Source: Candidatus Babeliales bacterium (lineage in GTDB: Bacteria; Babelota; Babeliae; Babelales; JANWKD01). From it: a DNA stretch of 64,000 nucleotides. Below are positions 58,568 through 64,000 of this stretch, piece by piece. The first letter of the stretch is position 1; each line of letters starts with the position of its first letter. The notes below the pieces were generated by a model. The model did not search any database, was not told the DNA's origin, and was given only the letters and a program-made list of their open reading frames with translations. The position numbers and the translations under genes are program-made. The stretch is taken from NCBI GenBank assembly GCA_963762115.1, contig CAVXJH010000006.1, positions 352,001-416,000 of the forward strand, in the 5' to 3' direction.

Positions 58568-61018
58568 ATGGAAAAACAGTACGATCATCATCTTCATGAG
58601 AAAAAAGCTCAACAGTTGTGGCTTGAGCATCACACCTATGCAGCCAAGAATAATCCTGGGCAATTGTATAGTATTGATACGCCGCCGCCAACTGTCTCAG
58701 GCTCTTTGCATATTGGTCACATTTTTTCCTATACGCATACTGATATCATGGCGCGTTATAAACGTATGAGTGGTTATTCAGTATTTTATCCTTTTGGTTT
58801 TGATGATAATGGATTGCCAACAGAACGTTTTGTTGAAAAGAAGCTTGATATTCAAGCGCATAGTATGAAACGTTCCGATTTTATTGCTACTTGTTTACAA
58901 GAAACCGTTGCGGTAGAACAAACATTTAAAGAACTATGGCAGCGTATGGGGTTATCAGTTGATTGGAACTTAGATTATTCAACGATATCAAAAGAAGCCC
59001 GTAAAATTTCTCAAGAATCGTTTATTTTATTGTATAAAAAAAGGTTTGTGTATAGAAAATATGAACCTGCTTTGTATTGTACGATGTGTAGAACTTCAGT
59101 TGCACAAGCAGACCTTGATGATGTGGAAAAACCATCTTTTTTTAATGATATTCTATTTAAACTTGCTGATGGAACATTGTTAACCATTGGCACAACGCGG
59201 CCGGAATTACTTTCTTCATGTGTTGCACTTTTTTATAATCCTGCCGATGATCGTTATAAACATTTGGCTGGTAAAGAAGCATTCGTTCCTCTTTATAATA
59301 ATGCGGTGCCAATTTTGCCAGATGATCAAGTGGTGATTGAAAAAGGCACGGGCCTTGTGATGTGCTGTACCTTTGGTGATAAAACTGATATTTATTGGTT
59401 CAAAAAACATAATTTACCGTATCGTCAATCAATTGGCATTGACGGTAAATGGGTTGCAAGTACCGGCATTTTAGCAGGACTTTCAGCGCATAAAGCACGT
59501 GAAACAATTTTGCAAGCACTTAAAGAGCAAGAATTATTAGTTGCACAAAAACCAATTATGCATACCGTTAATGTGCATGAACGGTGTAAAAGAGAAATTG
59601 AATATGTTGCTTTATCACAATGGTTTTTGAATATTCTTTCGTATAAAAAAGAATTAGTAGCCTTAGCTGATTCTATTAATTGGTTCCCTGCTTTTATGAA
59701 AACACGGTATACCAATTGGGTTGAATCGTTGGGGTGGGATTGGTGCCTTTCGCGACAACGTTTTTATGGCATTCCGTTTCCCGTGTGGCATTGCCAAAAT
59801 GGTCATATTCTTCTTGCTGATATTCAACAGTTGCCCATTGATCCACAAGAAACAAATTTTGTTGGTAGTTGTCCAGAATGTGAAAGTAAGGTGATTACTC
59901 CTGATACTGACGTTATGGATACCTGGAACACATCATCATTAACGCCACAAATTTGTTATTCACTTTTTGATAAAGCTTCATCGCCTTTTGATGCACAAGC
60001 AACAAAAGAATTTATACCGATGAGTATGCGGCCCCAAGCGCATGATATTATTCGTACGTGGGCTTTTTATACGATTATCAAATCATGGATGCACTTTGGA
60101 ACAATTCCATGGCGCGATATTGTCATTTCTGGTCATGTTTTGACTGATACTAAAGAAAAAATTTCAAAATCAAAAGATAATAATAAAGTTGCGCCGGAAA
60201 ATTTATTGCAACAATATCCTGCTGATGTTATTCGGTATTGGACCGCATCGGGTCAATTAGGTCATGATGTAGCATTCTCAGAAAATCAGCTGAAAATTGG
60301 GCAACGCTTAGTGACAAAATTATGGAATGCATTCCGGTTTATGTATGAACATATTCCTGCATTTGAACCTGAACGACCAAAAAATCTTGGTGTGGTGAAT
60401 GAGTGGATTTTGCATCAAAATAATGTATGTTTTGAAAAATTTAGTAACTATTTGAATGAATATGAATTAAGTATAGCGCTTGATGCCGTTGAACATTTTT
60501 TTTGGCATGATTTTTGCGATAATTATATTGAACTGGTTAAAAATCAAATTTTCAATCCGCAAGAATATACTCCTGAAACACTTGAGGGAACCCGTTGGAC
60601 ATTATACAAAGTGGGATTGCGTCTTTTGCAATTATATGCGCCTTATTTACCCCATGTGACAGAAACTTTATATCAAATGGTGTATCAGCGAGATGAAAAG
60701 TTCTTATCATTGCATCAAACTCGCTTTGATCATATTCATTATTCGTTTGAAAACAGTGCGCGCATTATGCAGCATTGCATTGCCTTAATAACGCAAGTTC
60801 GTGCAATCAAAACAAAGCAACAATTATCACTTAAAGTTGAATTGCAACTCTTGGAAATCATTTGTTCAGATCAAGCAGTGCTTGATGATCTTATGAGTAT
60901 TGAGCAGATGGTGAAAGGGGTTACACAAGCAAAAGTTATTGTGTATTCACCAAGCGGTGCGCAAGAATCGAGTTTGTTGCAAGAAAATGATTTGTGGCAA
61001 GCAAAAATTGTGCTTTAA
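58568..61018 (+). CDS. valS: Valine--tRNA ligase (short, archaeal-like type)
   Basis: DTPPPTVSGSLHIGH, DWCLSRQR, DVMDTW, MRPQAHDIIRTW, KISKS. Confidence 0.96.
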   Translation: MEKQYDHHLHEKKAQQLWLEHHTYAAKNNPGQLYSIDTPPPTVSGSLHIGHIFSYTHTDIMARYKRMSGYSVFYPFGFDDNGLPTERFVEKKLDIQAHSMKRSDFIATCLQETVAVEQTFKELWQRMGLSVDWNLDYSTISKEARKISQESFILLYKKRFVYRKYEPALYCTMCRTSVAQADLDDVEKPSFFNDILFKLADGTLLTIGTTRPELLSSCVALFYNPADDRYKHLAGKEAFVPLYNNAVPILPDDQVVIEKGTGLVMCCTFGDKTDIYWFKKHNLPYRQSIGIDGKWVASTGILAGLSAHKARETILQALKEQELLVAQKPIMHTVNVHERCKREIEYVALSQWFLNILSYKKELVALADSINWFPAFMKTRYTNWVESLGWDWCLSRQRFYGIPFPVWHCQNGHILLADIQQLPIDPQETNFVGSCPECESKVITPDTDVMDTWNTSSLTPQICYSLFDKASSPFDAQATKEFIPMSMRPQAHDIIRTWAFYTIIKSWMHFGTIPWRDIVISGHVLTDTKEKISKSKDNNKVAPENLLQQYPADVIRYWTASGQLGHDVAFSENQLKIGQRLVTKLWNAFRFMYEHIPAFEPERPKNLGVVNEWILHQNNVCFEKFSNYLNEYELSIALDAVEHFFWHDFCDNYIELVKNQIFNPQEYTPETLEGTRWTLYKVGLRLLQLYAPYLPHVTETLYQMVYQRDEKFLSLHQTRFDHIHYSFENSARIMQHCIALITQVRAIKTKQQLSLKVELQLLEIICSDQAVLDDLMSIEQMVKGVTQAKVIVYSPSGAQESSLLQENDLWQAKIVL

Positions 61019-61028
61019 AGTAAGAAAA

Positions 61029-61394
61029 TTACTGAAAAATACATTTTTTTTTAGTTGGTGCAGGCACAGGTTCAGGTTCTTGAGCTTGAATTGCATCTAA
61101 AAAGAATTTTAATCCTATCTCCTGGTTGGTAATAGTATTATTTGATAGAAATACTATATTCGAACTTGCATAAAATTCTGCTTTGGTACATTCGTTGAGC
61201 CTATAAATTGCCTTACCATTTTCAGCAAGAAGAGCTTGGTTCATAGCAAAATGTACTTCGGTGGTTTTTCCAATCCATGGAAAAAAAAGATCTTCAAGTT
61301 CTTCTTGGCTAAGATGCATGCAATAACTAAATTGTATACTTAAAAAAAATATGATTTTGGTTACTTTTAAACTATTTTTTAAAAAGAAAATCAT
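61029..61394 (-). CDS. Small secreted protein with C-terminal polybasic CaaX motif
   Basis: SYC|MH signal-like N-terminus; ends TKKKCIFQ*. Confidence 0.65.
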   Translation of the reverse strand: MIFFLKNSLKVTKIIFFLSIQFSYCMHLSQEELEDLFFPWIGKTTEVHFAMNQALLAENGKAIYRLNECTKAEFYASSNIVFLSNNTITNQEIGLKFFLDAIQAQEPEPVPAPTKKKCIFQ

Positions 61395-61471
61395 TATAAA
61401 AAAGTCCCTTGTTTTTATATTGTTTGTGATTAATTCGTTTAAGGATACTAAAAAACATACAATAAATGCAA

Positions 61472-61680
61472 TTAAGATTGTTTTTTTATGGTTTTTATAA
61501 ATTCACCAGAAGCAATTGTTTCAAGGCCATAAGCAGATTTATTTTGTTTTTCTTCTTTTGAAGCTTCAAATATTTGTGTCCATTGAGGAGGTTCTTCCAT
61601 TGCATCACATGAAAGATTGAGACAGAAAAAAACAATACTATAATTGAGCTCCAATGCGTATTGAAGAGAGCATTTTCCAT
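61472..61680 (-). pseudogene. Small secreted-protein gene frameshifted in a T7 run
   Basis: GGGGAG RBS before ATG 61680; one extra T in the run at 61626-61632 joins MENALFNTHWSSIIVLFF to FCLNLSCDA|MEEPP. Confidence 0.5.
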
Positions 61681-61855
61681 AATAAATAATCTCCCCCATT
61701 ATCTTTGCGTTAGATAAAAAGAAAAAAATTTTTTATGATCTATTTTTTTAAAAAATGGAGAAGGAGGAATGCCTTGAGGCGTTTCTTTTTTTGTGTTAAG
61801 TTACCAATATAAACTTTATTAAAATATTTTATTATGCTCAGCAAAACACGAAAGA

Positions 61856-62698
61856 TTGATTATGTTTTATTTTGCACCATTTTTACTGGTGTTATTATTT
61901 TCTTGTGCGATGCCCACAATAAGTCATGCTATGGAAGAGGATGATGTGAGCCATGAACAAGGAGAAGATGAAGTGCTAGAAGTAATGAATCAGCTTAATG
62001 TACATAAACTTGCGAGCACTTATTTGCACATTCTCGAACAACTTCCCTATGCAAAGTTAAAAACGATTGATGCTAGTTTGGTAATGGAATATCAAGATTA
62101 TGATGTTGCAATGAAATTCTTAGTTATGCGAGATAAAAAAAGAAATGCACAGTATGAGAAATGTGTAGAAAAAATTATTTCCAAGAATCGACCTGTTAAT
62201 AGATTATATGAAAAGTTGGATCATAATACGCCATTAGTTGCTTCATTTTATACAGGGTCGAAGGCATTGGAATTTATCGGCAAATGTATAGAGAGAGGCG
62301 CAGATGTCAATTATGCACATAGACAAACCTCTTGGTCTCCTTTGATGATCGCCGTTGAAATGCTTCCTGGGGCGGTAGAGCCATTATTATTGGCAAAAGC
62401 AGATCCTAATAAGAGGTCTGGTTGGTGTAACGAAGGCCATAATACATCATTAATGTTGGCAACTGGATTTAATAAACCTGAAGTTGCTGAAATCTTAATT
62501 AAACATGGAGCTACAGTAAATTTTAGAGATGAGAATAATTATAGTGCATTAACATGTGCAATAGATAATGAGAATGTGGAAATGGTTGATTTTTTGTTGC
62601 AAAAAGGTGCTTCAGTAATGCCTACTGAAATAGCTGGTGTTCATGCAATAGAAAATGAGAAAAAAAAGTTGGAAGTTTTTGAGATATTATCGAAATAA
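61856..62698 (+). CDS. Secreted ankyrin-repeat protein
   Basis: SHA|ME signal; GADVN, SPLMIA, TSLMLA, SALTCA ankyrin motifs. Confidence 0.9.
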   Translation: MIMFYFAPFLLVLLFSCAMPTISHAMEEDDVSHEQGEDEVLEVMNQLNVHKLASTYLHILEQLPYAKLKTIDASLVMEYQDYDVAMKFLVMRDKKRNAQYEKCVEKIISKNRPVNRLYEKLDHNTPLVASFYTGSKALEFIGKCIERGADVNYAHRQTSWSPLMIAVEMLPGAVEPLLLAKADPNKRSGWCNEGHNTSLMLATGFNKPEVAEILIKHGATVNFRDENNYSALTCAIDNENVEMVDFLLQKGASVMPTEIAGVHAIENEKKKLEVFEILSK

Positions 62699-62788
62699 GC
62701 GTTAATAAGGTGGTATGAATTTGGGCGGCGATTAAGATTGTTTTTTTAATTGTTGCATAAATTTACCAGAAGTAATTGTTTTGTAATT

Positions 62789-62841
62789 AAAAAGTTCCTT
62801 GTAAAATCTAAATCTAATTTAGATTTTACAAGGAACTTTTT
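62789..62841. repeat. Long palindrome, homologous to 63474-63518
   Basis: AAAGTTCCTTGTAAAATCTAAA-TCTAA-TTTAGATTTTACAAGGAACTTT. Confidence 0.75.
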
Positions 62842-62881
62842 CTTTTTTCAGAGTTAGGATTCATAAAAAACTTGCAATCAT

Positions 62882-63328
62882 TTACTTTTTTTCTTCAATT
62901 ATAAATTGAGCAACATTAGATGGAACGGTTGGTTTTATATTTACTTGATAATCTTTTTCTTTGGGGTTATTTATAATTGGGCTGGGGGAAATGAATTCTT
63001 GATGTGCTTTAAAAACTCCGAACACCATCAATGAGTTGTTTTCTGCATCAATTCCATAATCACCTACTTCAAAAAGCCGTGTTTTAGGATCATTTGAGTT
63101 TGATTTTGCTTCAATGAGTATTCCAATTTGATCAGCGCCGGTAAGAGTCTTATTAAATACTGAGGGAGAATCATAACCCGCAAAGCTTGCTCGTACCATT
63201 ATTGGATAGTCAGTTGTATTAATAATTTTATTTTTTTTGAACCAAGTAGGCAGAGTAAAAGTGGTTGTTGCAGGTATTATATCGAAAGTGGCTAATGACA
63301 GTAATGTAATAAAAAATAATTTTTTCAT
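62882..63328 (-). CDS. Hypothetical secreted protein
   Basis: AAGGGG RBS, MKKLFFITLL signal-like N-terminus. Confidence 0.7.
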   Translation of the reverse strand: MKKLFFITLLSLATFDIIPATTTFTLPTWFKKNKIINTTDYPIMVRASFAGYDSPSVFNKTLTGADQIGILIEAKSNSNDPKTRLFEVGDYGIDAENNSLMVFGVFKAHQEFISPSPIINNPKEKDYQVNIKPTVPSNVAQFIIEEKK

Positions 63329-63473
63329 AATATCCCCTTTTTATTTCTTGATTAAACAGTATGTATAATTTTTAAATATGTAATAATTGTAATAAAATGT
63401 AGATATAAAAATCAATGGATATTATAGGATTTTTTCTCTATAATTCAGTATTTTTTTGCTGTTTTATAGCGCA

Positions 63474-63518
63474 TTGTCCTTGTAAATCTTGAATTGGATT
63501 TAGATTTTACAAGGACAA
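63474..63518. repeat. Long palindrome, homologous to 62789-62841
   Basis: TTGTCCTTGTAAATCT...AGATTTTACAAGGACAA. Confidence 0.7.
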
Positions 63519-63628
63519 ATGAGTAAATAATGGTATTTTTGACTTATCGGTGATTACATCTAATGATTAGAACTATAAAATTTTTACCCTGAAATTGCGT
63601 GAAGCACTGTTTTGATTGAAAGGAAAAA

Positions 63629-64000
63629 ATGCTTACTTCTGTTGCGATTACTGTTTTATTAGGTCTTCAACTTACTCCAGATTTAGCTGAAAAGTTATTG
63701 CCGACGTGGCTTGATGCTCTTAAAGAATATCCAGTATTAGCTCAAGGATCTATTGAAGGAGGAAGAGGTTATCTTGCTACTTTTGCCAAAGAAGAACACG
63801 GAGCAGTTATTCTTGCAGAGGCTGGTGCCAAAAATTTAGCAGGATTTGTTGTAGGAATTCCATTTGCAAAATATCAATTTGCTGACATGAGTTTATTTCA
63901 GGAATCGGAATATTATTATTTGAGTGATGCTATTGTTTCGCCACATTATAGAAAGCAAGGTATTGTAAAAAAACTGATAAAAAAATTAGAAGAGCATGCG
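63629..64000 (+). CDS. GNAT-family acetyltransferase (truncated by window edge)
   Basis: AAGGA RBS, ATG 63629, open to the end; YYLSDAIVSPHYRKQGIVKKL matches GNAT motif A. Confidence 0.82.
   Translation, partial: MLTSVAITVLLGLQLTPDLAEKLLPTWLDALKEYPVLAQGSIEGGRGYLATFAKEEHGAVILAEAGAKNLAGFVVGIPFAKYQFADMSLFQESEYYYLSDAIVSPHYRKQGIVKKLIKKLEEHA

Noticed and set aside
26856..61018. Short antisense ORFs inside lon, ftsZ, ftsA, rlmB, tyrS and valS
   Set aside because: Shadow ORFs of well-supported housekeeping genes.

Overview
AT-rich bacterial chromosomal window. The mix of housekeeping genes (pth, skp, atpD/atpC, lon, lolD-like, murJ, ftsQ-like/ftsA/ftsZ, rlmB, tyrS, valS) with many signal-peptide proteins carrying eukaryote-type domains suggests an intracellular parasite of eukaryotes, most plausibly Ca. 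Dependentiae/Babelota (TM6). That placement is an inference, not a database result. Main observations: (1) a tandem, translationally coupled array of at least 12 secreted C2H2 zinc-finger proteins with NLS-like motifs and variable recognition helices (1-9607), followed by a convergent ~110-nt candidate sRNA with its own promoter and terminator; (2) a tmRNA-like RNA (~12351-12682) that keeps pk1, a helix 5 analogue, two further pseudoknots and helix 2 but has no recognisable tRNA-like domain or -AA tag; (3) three tandem secreted Skp1-like + beta-propeller proteins, plus F-box-like, ankyrin-CaaX, Sel1, PPP phosphatase and MutS-like exported proteins, about 27 of which have Met right after the predicted signal peptidase site; (4) an IS4/IS50-type IS inserted in one of two inverted copies of a 165-bp structured element, an IS200-type element splitting a secreted-protein gene, and a family of REP/RPE-like palindromes. 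All calls come from motif recognition by eye; no searches were run.
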